Numbered from the stretch's first letter, positions 42,743-52,732 are shown. The stretch: DNA of 64,000 bases from Bacteroidales bacterium UBA6851 (GCA_002451795.1 DKDJ01000002.1:16768-80767), one strand, 5' to 3'. Numbers and translations: made by a program. The notes: a model not told the origin generated them from the letters alone.

Positions 42743-45289
42743 ATGAAGAAAATACTATTTCCTTTACTTGCCGTAGGAGCAGTGCTTGCATCCTGTGGCA
42801 AGACAAGCTCGAATCAGGATCTTGCCCTGAATGATCTTGAATATTTCGAGAGGCCGGGTGTGAATGTTTTTGTCTATAACAACCTCTTTTCAGGAGGTTT
42901 TAATGATGAGAAGAACTCCGGCATAGAGATTATCCATCATGGAGTACGTACCGTTCAGGGCGGTGCAGTTCGTCTTTCTAATACTCCTGAACAATGGGAT
43001 CTTGTTCCAAATACTCCTTCACGGGTGGTCAATAGGGAGAACAATTCCATAGAGGTGAGCCTTCGATATGATGATTATGATTTCGATTCGAGGCTTGTTG
43101 TGACGGGTGAGGGAAAGGCATTCAGAATTGATGTATATCTCGATAGTCCTGTCCCTGCCGCTCTTGAGGGTGAAGCTGGATTCAACCTCGAGTTCCTTCC
43201 ATCACAGTATTGGAACAAGGCTTATCTGGTGGATGGCAGGCCGGAGAGGTTCCCTCGCTATGCCGTGAGCGAGACTGTCGCGCGTCCAAATAGCGAAAAG
43301 ATCAAACAGTACAAGGGCTATCGTACATACGATGACCGTGGTACCGGTGAATTTGTGGATCCACTTCCTATGAGTACAGGCCATGAGATGCTTTTCGCAC
43401 CGGATGATCCTTCTCGTATGATCAAGATTACCTCAGATGATGCGGAACTCAAACTCTATGACGGAAGAATGATAGCACAGAACGGTTGGTTCGTCCTTAG
43501 AAGTGTTCTTCCTGCCGGCAAGACAGGAAAGGTAGTCAGCTGGCTGGTTGAGCCGAATACTATTGATGGTTGGGTGCGGGAACCTAATGTGGGATTCTCA
43601 CAAGTAGGTTACCTCCCTTCACAGCCTAAAACGGCAGTCATCGAGCTTGATAAGAATGACAAGATGCTCTCAAGTGCTTCCGTGTACAGGGTTAATGCAG
43701 ATGGCACTTCATCTAAGGCTTATACGGGAAAGGTGACAATGTGGGGACCTTACTACAAGTATAATTATGCCAAGTTTGACTTCTCCAGCCTTCGTGAGCC
43801 AGGTGTGTACTATCTTCAGTATGGTGATGTGAAGACCAACAACTTCATCATTGATACTACTGTATACGATAAGATTACGGATGCTACTACCGATGTATGG
43901 GTGCCTATTCACATGAATCACATGTTCGTGAACGAAGCTTACCGCGTATGGCATGGTGAGCCTTTCAAGGAGGGATATCTTCAGGCTCCTGAGAACACGG
44001 ATCACTTCGATCTTCACTCCCAGGGACCTACCACGGATACCAAGTACAAGGCTCTTGAACTTATTCCTGGCCTTAATGTAGGTGGATACTTCGATGCTGG
44101 AGACTTTGATATTGAGACTGGCTCTAATATTAGTGTAGTGCAGAACTTTGTGTCTATCTGGGAGCTCTTCAAGCCTATGCGTGACATGACTTTTGTGAGC
44201 GAATCCCAGCGCTATGTGGATCTTCACCGTCCTGACGGAATTCCTGACATCCTCCAGTATATTGAACATGGAACGCTGAATATCGTAGCCCAGGCAGAGC
44301 AGATCGGACACATGTCACAGTGTCTTTCCAATTCCGTACTTGACAACTATCATCATCTCGGTGATGCCGCATCTCTTACGGATGGATATCACTATGATCC
44401 GTCTTTGAAGCCATATCAGGTATCTGCCGATGGAAAGCGTAGCGGTACTCCTGATGACATGTGGGCTTTCACCAGCCGCAATCCTCAGCTCGACCTTCGT
44501 GCATCGACAATGCTTGCTGCTGCAAGCCATGCACTTATGGGGTATAATGATGACCTTGCAAAGCGTGCCCTTACCCAGTCCAAGCGACTGTTCAAGGAGG
44601 CAAACGAACTTATTGCCAAGCAGCCGAAGCCTCAGGGCAGACGTGGCGGTATGATGGGTGGCGGTAATGCTGCTACCAACCTTCAACTATACGTTGCTAC
44701 TGGCGAGAAGCATTATATCGAGGATTTCGATGCCCAGATCTGGGGTATGCTTGACATGAACGTCAATTTCGGAATCTCTACAGCTCTTGATGCTATTCCT
44801 TATATGAATGAGGATTACAAGACCAAACTCCGCCCTTACGTGGAGAAGTATAAGGAGTATCTTGATAGTCTTGACGAGGATAACCCTTACGGAGTTCCTA
44901 TCGGACTTGGAAACTGGGCTGGAAGCGGTAATGTTGTGTCTTTCGGTACTACCGTAAGCTTCGCAAGCCAATATTTCCCTGACATCATTTCCAAGGATTA
45001 TGCATACAAGGCGATGAATTATCTCTTCGGTTGTCACCCATATCACAACTATTCTCTCGTAGCTACGGTAGGTGCTACAAGACCGAAAGCCGTGTTCTAT
45101 GGCAACAACCGTGCGGACTTCTCCTTTATACCTGGAAATGTGGCCCCTGGACTTCTCTTCCGTCATCCAGATCATTTCGAGAATTACGATGACTGGCCTT
45201 TCCTCTGGGGACAGAATGAAGGTACGATTGCCGGAAATACGAGTTATGTAATCTTCGGCTCAGCATTTAAAAACCTTGTAAGGGAATAA
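42743..45289 (+). CDS. Glycoside hydrolase family 9 lipoprotein
   Basis: Lipobox LASC, SQVGY Ig-like module, GGYFDAGD catalytic motif, C-terminal QNEGTI; promoter at 42693-42700. Confidence 0.85.
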   Translation: MKKILFPLLAVGAVLASCGKTSSNQDLALNDLEYFERPGVNVFVYNNLFSGGFNDEKNSGIEIIHHGVRTVQGGAVRLSNTPEQWDLVPNTPSRVVNRENNSIEVSLRYDDYDFDSRLVVTGEGKAFRIDVYLDSPVPAALEGEAGFNLEFLPSQYWNKAYLVDGRPERFPRYAVSETVARPNSEKIKQYKGYRTYDDRGTGEFVDPLPMSTGHEMLFAPDDPSRMIKITSDDAELKLYDGRMIAQNGWFVLRSVLPAGKTGKVVSWLVEPNTIDGWVREPNVGFSQVGYLPSQPKTAVIELDKNDKMLSSASVYRVNADGTSSKAYTGKVTMWGPYYKYNYAKFDFSSLREPGVYYLQYGDVKTNNFIIDTTVYDKITDATTDVWVPIHMNHMFVNEAYRVWHGEPFKEGYLQAPENTDHFDLHSQGPTTDTKYKALELIPGLNVGGYFDAGDFDIETGSNISVVQNFVSIWELFKPMRDMTFVSESQRYVDLHRPDGIPDILQYIEHGTLNIVAQAEQIGHMSQCLSNSVLDNYHHLGDAASLTDGYHYDPSLKPYQVSADGKRSGTPDDMWAFTSRNPQLDLRASTMLAAASHALMGYNDDLAKRALTQSKRLFKEANELIAKQPKPQGRRGGMMGGGNAATNLQLYVATGEKHYIEDFDAQIWGMLDMNVNFGISTALDAIPYMNEDYKTKLRPYVEKYKEYLDSLDEDNPYGVPIGLGNWAGSGNVVSFGTTVSFASQYFPDIISKDYAYKAMNYLFGCHPYHNYSLVATVGATRPKAVFYGNNRADFSFIPGNVAPGLLFRHPDHFENYDDWPFLWGQNEGTIAGNTSYVIFGSAFKNLVRE

Positions 45290-45343
45290 GGCCCTTGAGC
45301 TTCACTTAGCTGAAGTTATCTATAAGTCAATTTACAAGTCAAA

Positions 45344-45378
45344 AGAGGCTGCCAAGGCAATTGGCGGCCTCTGTTTTT
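45344..45378 (+). terminator. Terminator after GH9
   Basis: AGAGGCTGCCAA...TTGGCGGCCTCT-GTTTTT. Confidence 0.8.
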
Positions 45379-45419
45379 ATTTTCGCGTGAGTGTAGTTAC
45401 ACTTTCTCGAAAAAAACAT

Positions 45420-45427
45420 TATATTTG
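45420..45427 (+). promoter_or_regulatory. -7 promoter of the pilus locus
   Basis: TATATTTG(C) 58 nt upstream of ATG 45486. Confidence 0.7.
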
Positions 45428-45485
45428 CGCGTGTCAAAACACGTGAGAAGAGACAGGCACTGAACCCTGTTATAAAGCGACTAAC

Positions 45486-46773
45486 ATGAAAGAAAAACTC
45501 TCCATTATTTTAAGGGGGGGGGGTAAGGCTTAGACTTCTAATTGTCATAGTATTACTCCTTGGAGGGGGAGTAGCGCTCAAGTCACAGAGTTATACCGAT
45601 ACATTATCAGTTTATTTCCGTCAAGGGAAATCAACATTCGATCGCAGTTACAGAGGAAACGGAGAGCGGTCGGAGTCGTTTGTGCGTTATATCCACGATG
45701 TGCTTGTCGGACATGAAGACGCGACAGTCAAGGGGATCCGCTTCGAGGTAAGCTGTTCTCCGGAAGGAAGCCGGGAGGTGAACGAGCGCCTTGTCGCAGC
45801 GCGAGCCGAGAGCATCATGAAATGGATGCAAGGACAACTACCTCTTGAGAGAGTTCCATACGAGATAAATACCACACTTGATCCATGGACAGACCTCCTG
45901 TCGATGGTGGAGTCTGACGAGAACGTGCCATACCGAGAGGAAGTCATAGGAGTAATAGGCGGCCTAATCGACGGACGATCACAGAAGAGCGAACTTGAGA
46001 CTCTACGAGGTGGCGAACCATGGCGCTATATGCTGAGCAGGCACTTTCCGAGTCTGAGACGATTCGAGATGAGTGTGGAGGTGGAAGTACATCTGCCGGA
46101 ACTGGAGATAGATGAGGAAGCACTACGTGCTGACTGCGAACGGACACAGCTCCCGATGACAGTGCCCCTTGAGAGTTTTCCAAGATATGATACTGGGCTT
46201 GCTTCTGTAAGTCCTATGAAGTATAAGACGCCTAAAGATATTTCCCTATATGTAAAGACCAATGGAGTAGCATTGGGGATGCTGGTGGGGAATGTGTGCG
46301 TGGAAGTCAGGCTGCCCGATAGCCCATGGAGTATCAATGTGCCGGTGTATTACTCCGGTCTTGACTGGTTCCGAGTTACGACCAAGTTCAGGATGGCATC
46401 GTTTCTTCTGGAAGTGAGATATAATTTCCCTGGGGTGGAAGGATTGTATGCAGGAGTCCATGGCGGCTTGGCATGGTATAACTTCGCGTTTTCTGGCGAC
46501 TGGCGCATACAGGATGCCGGAGGCAATAGTCCGGCTCTTGGTGGCGGTCTGAGTGTCGGTTATCGTATTACACCGTTCAAGAGAGTGCCTGCGCTTGGAG
46601 TGGAGTTCAACGCTGGTCTTGGCGTCTACTCGCTTAAATACGATAAGTTCTATAATGAACCTAATGGTCCGGCTGCCGAGAAAGGCATTGAAGCGGTGAA
46701 ATGTATCCCGGATGCACTTGGGATTTCGCTGTATTACCGCTTTGATAATGTAAAAGGAGGCACGCGGCGATGA
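45486..46773 (+). pseudogene. DUF3575-like outer-membrane protein with OmpA-like N-terminal part; frameshifted at a G10 tract (candidate phase-OFF)
   Basis: ATG 45486 frame stops at TAG 45531-45533; the +1 frame is open from 45514 and encodes a signal h-region (RLLIVIVLLLGGG), VYFRQGKS, SPEG..N.RL..AR and an LYVKTN...YRF barrel; removing one G fuses the two frames. Confidence 0.8.
45514..45523 (+). repeat. G10 homopolymer tract
   Basis: TTAA-GGGGGGGGGG-TAAGG read directly. Confidence 0.95.
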
Positions 46774-47933
46774 GAGTGAAAATCTTCAGAGCGAGCGCGC
46801 TGCTGAGCGTAGCGCTACTTCTGCTGGGCGGAATGGTGAGTTCGTGCGTGCACGAATGGCCGGATGATCTGACACCGGCGGATGTGGACGTGAACCTTGA
46901 GTTCAACACTGAGTTCCTGCCGTTCAAGGATGTGGAATACACTAAGAAGACCAAGTCAGACCCATCAGAGTATAATATCAGATACAAGATAGGTGCATAC
47001 CGTGCCCTAAAGAGCGGCGGGTATGATGTGGAGCCGATGCGTGAATATACGTTTACGAAGCAGGAAGTCAGCGAGCCTGACTATCGAGTGCGCATCGCCC
47101 TGCCAGAGGGAGAATATATGCTTCGCGCGTGGACTGACTATGTGCTTGATGGAACGCAGAAAGACTTGTATTACCTGACAGAAGACTTCTCTGCGGTGCA
47201 GGTGCATGAGCCTTATGAAGGAGACACAGACTTTAAGGATGCCTTCGTGGGAGAATCCCCTGTAAGGTCGGTACGAGTGGGCGTGGAAGCCCCTAAAGTG
47301 AGCGCAACGATAGCGATGGAGCGTCCCCTGGCGAAGTTCCAGTTTGTAGCAGAAGACCTTTATGACCTTGTTACGAAGGCTATGGAGAAGAATATGAGCG
47401 CAAGCGAGTATGCGGACTATAAGAACGGCAGACGCCCACTTGAAGGGGAGGGCGGAGGCGCCGCACGACCAAGCTCTTCGGACTATGATTTCAGCGTCGG
47501 CGTGACCGATGCGCTGGATGGAGGAACGAAAGCGCCCTGGGACCCGACGAAAGCACCAGGCTTCGACCCGGATAGTTATAAAGTGGTGTTCTACTATACC
47601 TCGTTTCTTCCTACGATATACAATGTGCTTACACAGAAGCCGATCGATGCCAAGACAGGAATGACGTTCACGTCGAACTTAAGCCCACTAAATGAAGAGG
47701 AAGCACTGATAGGGTTTGACTATGTGCTAGTGAATGGGACAGAGTCAAGTGTGAGCGTGCAAGTAGGCCTGTATGATCCGGAGGGGACAATGCTTTCGCT
47801 GAGCAACCCAGTGACGGTGCCGATAGTACGCGGGAAGGTGACGACGGTGCGCGGCAAGTTCCTGACCCTGTCGACGGGAAGCGGAATAGGAGTGGACCCG
47901 GGCTTTGAAGGAGATTACACAATAGAATATTAA
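46770..47933 (+). CDS. Type V pilus (FimB/Mfa2-like, DUF6562-like) lipoprotein
   Basis: Lipobox SSC-VHEWP, AWTDY, KDAF, ERPLAKF, DYVLV, PIVRGKVT..G, C-terminal GVDPGFEG donor-strand-like tail; ATGA overlap with the upstream gene. Confidence 0.75.
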   Translation: MRVKIFRASALLSVALLLLGGMVSSCVHEWPDDLTPADVDVNLEFNTEFLPFKDVEYTKKTKSDPSEYNIRYKIGAYRALKSGGYDVEPMREYTFTKQEVSEPDYRVRIALPEGEYMLRAWTDYVLDGTQKDLYYLTEDFSAVQVHEPYEGDTDFKDAFVGESPVRSVRVGVEAPKVSATIAMERPLAKFQFVAEDLYDLVTKAMEKNMSASEYADYKNGRRPLEGEGGGAARPSSSDYDFSVGVTDALDGGTKAPWDPTKAPGFDPDSYKVVFYYTSFLPTIYNVLTQKPIDAKTGMTFTSNLSPLNEEEALIGFDYVLVNGTESSVSVQVGLYDPEGTMLSLSNPVTVPIVRGKVTTVRGKFLTLSTGSGIGVDPGFEGDYTIEY

Positions 47934-47959
47934 CAAATAACAATTAACAATAAACAACG

Positions 47960-50653
47960 ATGAAACGTTATTTTAAAACTATCGCAGCCGTCGTGCTAGC
48001 AGCAATGACGACCGCAGCGTGCCAGAAGGAAAACTTCGAAGGCGCAACACCTGCAGGACAGGAAGTGGATGTTACACTTGACCTGCTCGCACCACAGATA
48101 GGCACTAAAGCCTATGGAGACGGAACCACGGCCGAGACTGTGTATGTCCATGTGTACCAAAAAGATGCTAATGGCGGCTTGACTTATATTGAGCCTGCAG
48201 CAGAGGGTGCAAGCCTCAAGACCCCATCACAGTCATTGACTCTTAGTGGTCTGAAGGCAAAATATAGCACCCGCCTCGTGACAGGCCAGACTTATACATT
48301 TGTGTTCTGGGCACAGGCAGACGGTGCTCCATATACTTACGATCCTGCTTCGCAGACCGTTACAGTGAACTACACAAATGCAGCAGGAAACGATGAGAAC
48401 CGCGATGCTTTCTATAATGTCCTTGCTAACGTGAAGATAGAGGGCGCCTATACAGCCAGCGTTCAGCTTACCCGTCCGTTTGCGCAGCTTAATTTCGGAG
48501 CCTCCGACTACGAAGAGGCAAAGGCTGCAGGACTTACAGTGACAGACGCTCAGGTTAAGCTCACCCATGCAGCCACAAGCCTCAACCTTCTTGACGGCAC
48601 CACCGCAGGAGATGAGACCGTGTCCTTTGCACGCACAGCGTTGCCTTCTGATCCGAATGCCACGCTTACTGCTGGAGGAAAGGACTACAAGTACGTGGCT
48701 ATGGACTATGTCCTCGTGGGCAAGAGCGCGAAGACCCTTTCAGAAGTAACACTTACTCTTACGGCTACCGGTGCACAGAGTGCAACTCCAGAGTTTACAT
48801 ATAGCAATGTCCCTCTTCAGGCCAACTACCGCACCAATATCGTGGGTAATCTCTTCACCAGCCCGGCAGAAGTGCAGATTGAGGTTACTCCAGGCTTCGG
48901 GACTCCGGACAATGATGTAGTTGAGAATGTGTCATCTATAGCAGCAGCTAACGAGGCGTTTGCGAATGGAGCTACATCTGTCAATGTGACGAGTGTCTCA
49001 AATGAAGATGATACAACCATTATTCTTCCGAAGACAAACAATGAGGTATCCCTTACCCTTCCTGCCGTTCCTGCCGGAAAGACAGTTACCATCAAATATG
49101 CGGATGGCGCATCAGAAGGGCAGAAGCCTCAGACTCTCAATGTGACAGCTACATCAGCAGACGCTATCACTATCGAAGCACCAACCACCCATGTGGAACT
49201 CAACGGCGTGACCGTCAATACCGTCACCGCTTCTACCAGCAGCACCACCCTCGTTGTAGGTAAGGATGTGAAGATCGGCACTTTGAAGATTGAGCAGGGA
49301 AGCGCTGTGATCTATGGTAGTGTTACTACTGTGGAGAAAGGTGCGAATGCAGGCGAAGTTACAATCTATGTAAAGAATGCTAATGCTCTTGAGACAGCAC
49401 TTAACAATGCCGATAAGGTTGTTCTTGAGGCTGACCTTGATCTTGCTAAAACCGCCTCTCTTGTTTCTGGAAAGAGCGTTGTTCTTGACATGAATGGAAA
49501 GAAGGTCTTTAATTCAGAAGATCTTTGGGATAAACCTACAAAAAATGATTGTAATTGGTCTTTGGTATCTGTTAAAAAGGGCGATTTGACTATAACTGGA
49601 AACGGTACCCTTTCTGCAAAGGAGAATGACTGCTATGCTGTGGATGTTCAAGACAATAGTTCATCTGTTATTATTGAGAATGGCACCTTTATAGGAAATA
49701 TTCATGCTGTATATGCCCAGGAAGGAGTTGCCCATGTGAAAGGTGGTCGCTACTCCGTGCAGCAGAAATATCCAGATGCAGCAAAGGCTGACGAATTTGT
49801 TCTTAATTGTTATGACGCAAATTGCAAGAATGGCACTGCAAAGATTGTAGTTGAAGGCGGAGAATTCTGTAACTTCAATCCTGGTGACTGCTATGCAGAA
49901 GGTGCACATACTAGTTTCCTGAAAGAAAATTGCTTTGTGACAAAATCCGAGAACTATTATGTTGTAAAAACCGGCGCTGATAATCTTGCCGCAGCATTAA
50001 ATGGTGCTGGATATGCAGAAGTTTACGGACCTATGGATGTTGATTATGTTTCTGTTAGTTCTGCATCTTCTTTGGTTTTGGGAAGTAATGGTGTGTTGAG
50101 TGCTACAGAAGAAGAGTCTCTCCGTTCGAATAAGAAAGGACATCTGAAAATTAGCGGAGATGGTGCTATAAAGGTTTCATTTGCTAATGCTGCAAAACAG
50201 GTATCAGCTTTATCAGTACGAAATGGCGGAACTATTACAATAGATGGAAACGTTAGAATTGATGGTGGCAGTGGTAGTAAAGGAAACTATGCTATTAGGA
50301 TGGTTTCTGGAACAGTTAATATAAACGATGGATATTTCCACTCTGGAAATGATGCTAACGGAAAACCAAGTGAAGTTATATATCTTGAGAGTGGTTTCGC
50401 AAGTAGTTGTGTTTGCAAGCTCAATATTAATGGAGGAATATTTGAGTGTGATGGAGATGCTTCGTTCCTTATAAATTGTCAAGACAGTTATAGAAAGAAG
50501 TGCACTATTACAATTAAAGGTGGAACTTTCGTTGGCTTTAATCCTGCAAATAATAGAGCAGAAGGGGCAAATACAAACTTCGTTGCTGCGGGTTATAAGT
50601 CAGTGGAGACCACCTACAATGGTAAGCAGGCATGGACTGTGGTAGCTGAATAA
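47960..50653 (+). CDS. Large pilin/adhesin lipoprotein: DUF6562-like pilin domain plus two C-terminal beta-helix-like repeats
   Basis: Lipobox AAC, TKAYGDG processing-like site, VFWA, RDAFY, RPFAQLN, NYRTNIVG; C-terminal repeated GGxF..FNP....AEG..T.F. Confidence 0.78.
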   Translation: MKRYFKTIAAVVLAAMTTAACQKENFEGATPAGQEVDVTLDLLAPQIGTKAYGDGTTAETVYVHVYQKDANGGLTYIEPAAEGASLKTPSQSLTLSGLKAKYSTRLVTGQTYTFVFWAQADGAPYTYDPASQTVTVNYTNAAGNDENRDAFYNVLANVKIEGAYTASVQLTRPFAQLNFGASDYEEAKAAGLTVTDAQVKLTHAATSLNLLDGTTAGDETVSFARTALPSDPNATLTAGGKDYKYVAMDYVLVGKSAKTLSEVTLTLTATGAQSATPEFTYSNVPLQANYRTNIVGNLFTSPAEVQIEVTPGFGTPDNDVVENVSSIAAANEAFANGATSVNVTSVSNEDDTTIILPKTNNEVSLTLPAVPAGKTVTIKYADGASEGQKPQTLNVTATSADAITIEAPTTHVELNGVTVNTVTASTSSTTLVVGKDVKIGTLKIEQGSAVIYGSVTTVEKGANAGEVTIYVKNANALETALNNADKVVLEADLDLAKTASLVSGKSVVLDMNGKKVFNSEDLWDKPTKNDCNWSLVSVKKGDLTITGNGTLSAKENDCYAVDVQDNSSSVIIENGTFIGNIHAVYAQEGVAHVKGGRYSVQQKYPDAAKADEFVLNCYDANCKNGTAKIVVEGGEFCNFNPGDCYAEGAHTSFLKENCFVTKSENYYVVKTGADNLAAALNGAGYAEVYGPMDVDYVSVSSASSLVLGSNGVLSATEEESLRSNKKGHLKISGDGAIKVSFANAAKQVSALSVRNGGTITIDGNVRIDGGSGSKGNYAIRMVSGTVNINDGYFHSGNDANGKPSEVIYLESGFASSCVCKLNINGGIFECDGDASFLINCQDSYRKKCTITIKGGTFVGFNPANNRAEGANTNFVAAGYKSVETTYNGKQAWTVVAE

Positions 50654-50673
50654 ACATTATTTGACTGTTATTT

Positions 50674-50705
50674 CATCCGGCGGGGCTTGACCGCGCCGCC
50701 GGGTG
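50674..50705 (+). other. GC-rich intra-operon stem-loop without U-tract
   Basis: CATCCGGCGG...CCGCCGGGTG, 20 nt after the stop of the large pilin. Confidence 0.65.
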
Positions 50706-50707
50706 CC

Positions 50708-50819
50708 AAGAGAGAGGGAGATGAGAAGAGTGAAAGGAGGATTAGGGGATAAGAGGGGTTGGAGAAAAGAAGGATAAAAGAGGGAGAGAGTATAAAGAAT
50801 AGTAAAGGAGAAGTATTGT
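50708..50819 (+). repeat. 112-nt cytosine-free purine-rich tract
   Basis: No C on + strand between 50707 and 50820; roughly 85% A/G. Confidence 0.9.
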
Positions 50820-50822
50820 CGT

Positions 50823-51752
50823 ATGAGGAAGCTTTTGTTATCGGTATGGATGTGCATGGTGGTTCTTGCTGCGAGTTGTGGCAGGAGCATGGAGCCGTCG
50901 TGCATCCAGAAGGAGGTGGACGTCTCGTTTGATGTGGATGTCGCTCAGCCTGCGACAAAAGCCTATGGAGACGGCATGACAGTCAATACGGTTCATGTGT
51001 ATGCATACCTGAAGGATCCTGTTAGCGGTAAGTTGTCATATATTGATCCGGTTGCCTATGGAGAGAACTGCCCTACGAAGACTCTGGACATGGTAGGAGG
51101 AAAGGCTCCTTATAGTACGCGGCTTGTCATGGGGCAGGAGTATGTCATCGTATTCTGGGCTGATTACCAGTCTGATGATTATGACTCACCATATACCTAT
51201 GATAGTGCTTCGCATACAATTTCAATAAAAGACCATAACTATCAAGCCTATGCCGTGCCAGCGAATGATGAGCGGCGCGATGCCTTCTACGCAGTAGAGA
51301 CCATCACGGTAAATGGCGCTATAGGAGACAGGACGGTGCGTCTGAAACGCCCGTTTGCACAGGTCAATATCGGCATAACTGATAGCGGTTTGGCAGATGC
51401 CGCATCCAAGGGGATAACTCTGAAGGATTTATCGGTGACATTTTCCAATGTAGCAACTAAGATTGATCTTGTGACAAGCGAGGTGTATAGGGTTATTCCC
51501 GGAGATGACCATGCCGACTATGTTCCTTTTAAGGCAAACTCTCTGCCGAATCAGAAATTCATGGTCGGAGGGGTCGAGTATAACCTTATATCCATGAACT
51601 ATGTGCTGGTGGATCAGAATGAGGAGGGTACGGTAGCCAAGAATATCAGCCTCATTAGTGATGGCGGCAAATACAAGAGGCAGTTCAGCAATGTTACTCT
51701 TCGTGCGAACTATAAGACCAATATAGTGGGCGACATTATTAATGTGGAATAA
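50823..51752 (+). CDS. DUF6562-like pilin lipoprotein
   Basis: Lipobox ASC, TKAYGDG, YSTRLV.GQ.Y..VFWA, RDAFY, RPFAQVN, NYKTNIVG shared with the 47960 gene. Confidence 0.78.
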   Translation: MRKLLLSVWMCMVVLAASCGRSMEPSCIQKEVDVSFDVDVAQPATKAYGDGMTVNTVHVYAYLKDPVSGKLSYIDPVAYGENCPTKTLDMVGGKAPYSTRLVMGQEYVIVFWADYQSDDYDSPYTYDSASHTISIKDHNYQAYAVPANDERRDAFYAVETITVNGAIGDRTVRLKRPFAQVNIGITDSGLADAASKGITLKDLSVTFSNVATKIDLVTSEVYRVIPGDDHADYVPFKANSLPNQKFMVGGVEYNLISMNYVLVDQNEEGTVAKNISLISDGGKYKRQFSNVTLRANYKTNIVGDIINVE

Positions 51753-51771
51753 ATAATTAAAGCATTATAGT

Positions 51772-52692
51772 ATGAAAAGAATTCTTGAACTTGCGGCTGT
51801 GGCAGTGCTCGGATTGATGACGGCATCATGCAACAAGAGCGCCGCACCAGAGGAAGGCGTGCCGGTAAGCATCAGCGTGCAGGCACCAGAGATTGGAACA
51901 AGGTCAATCTCAGATGGAAAGAGCGTGAATCAGGTGCGTTGCATCGTGTTCCGCGATGGCAAACTCATCCAGCACAGTGATGTCACCAAGGTGATTCCGA
52001 TGACAGGCGGTACCGCCACTTATGAGACCCGCCTCATCTCAGGCCAGACGTACAAGATAGTGTTCTGGGCCGAGGTGAAGGACAATGCCTACTACAGCGT
52101 GGACTATCAGAATGCGACCGTGACAGTGAACTATGGAGCAGGAAATGAAGAGAAGAGGGATGCATTCTACAAGGTTATAGAGTATACCGTCACGGATGGG
52201 CAGGCCGCTCAGACGGTGACACTCAAGCGACCATTTGCCCAGCTCAACTATGGACTCAGTGCAGACGACAAGGCACTTGCGGATGCAGTAAGCCCTATCG
52301 TGAAGTCGTCAGTGAAGCTTGATGATGTGGTATATACGAAACTCAACCTCTTCGACGGAAGTGTGTCAGCGCCGCTATCAAGCGTAACATTCACTTCAGC
52401 CCCTATCCTCGCCGAGCCACTGAAGGTAAAGCTGGAAGGAGCGAGCACTGCGGTTGAATACACCTACCTTTCTATGAATTACATTCTTGTCAATCAGGAT
52501 GTTGTCCCTAATGCCGTCCTGACTTTGTATGATGCGAGTGATGCAGTGGTGGCAACCGTCCCGACAAGTCAGGTGCCGCTGAAGCGGAACTACCGCACCA
52601 ATATTGTAGGTAATCTCATCTCGTCTCCGGCGACCATCAATATTGTCGTGGACCCTGCGTACGAGACTCCAGAGAACAATATCAGCAAATAA
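51772..52692 (+). CDS. DUF6562-like pilin lipoprotein
   Basis: Lipobox ASC, GTRSISDG, TRLISGQTY..VFWA, RDAFY, RPFAQLN, NYRTNIVG, VDPAY tail. Confidence 0.78.
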   Translation: MKRILELAAVAVLGLMTASCNKSAAPEEGVPVSISVQAPEIGTRSISDGKSVNQVRCIVFRDGKLIQHSDVTKVIPMTGGTATYETRLISGQTYKIVFWAEVKDNAYYSVDYQNATVTVNYGAGNEEKRDAFYKVIEYTVTDGQAAQTVTLKRPFAQLNYGLSADDKALADAVSPIVKSSVKLDDVVYTKLNLFDGSVSAPLSSVTFTSAPILAEPLKVKLEGASTAVEYTYLSMNYILVNQDVVPNAVLTLYDASDAVVATVPTSQVPLKRNYRTNIVGNLISSPATINIVVDPAYETPENNISK

Positions 52693-52732
52693 CAAAGATG
52701 GAATCGTGACACCCCTGAAGGGGTCGTGGCAT

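Noticed and set aside
45380..45480. Invertible promoter upstream of the pilus locus
   Set aside because: Only short local hairpins; no long inverted repeats flanking the -7 motif and no recombinase nearby
45682..45684. GTG 45682 as the true start of the DUF3575-like gene
   Set aside because: Would omit the in-frame signal h-region and the VYFRQG segment; the frameshift model explains the sequence better
47960..52692. Diversity-generating retroelement acting on the pilins
   Set aside because: No reverse transcriptase and no near-identical template/variable repeat pair differing at adenines in the window
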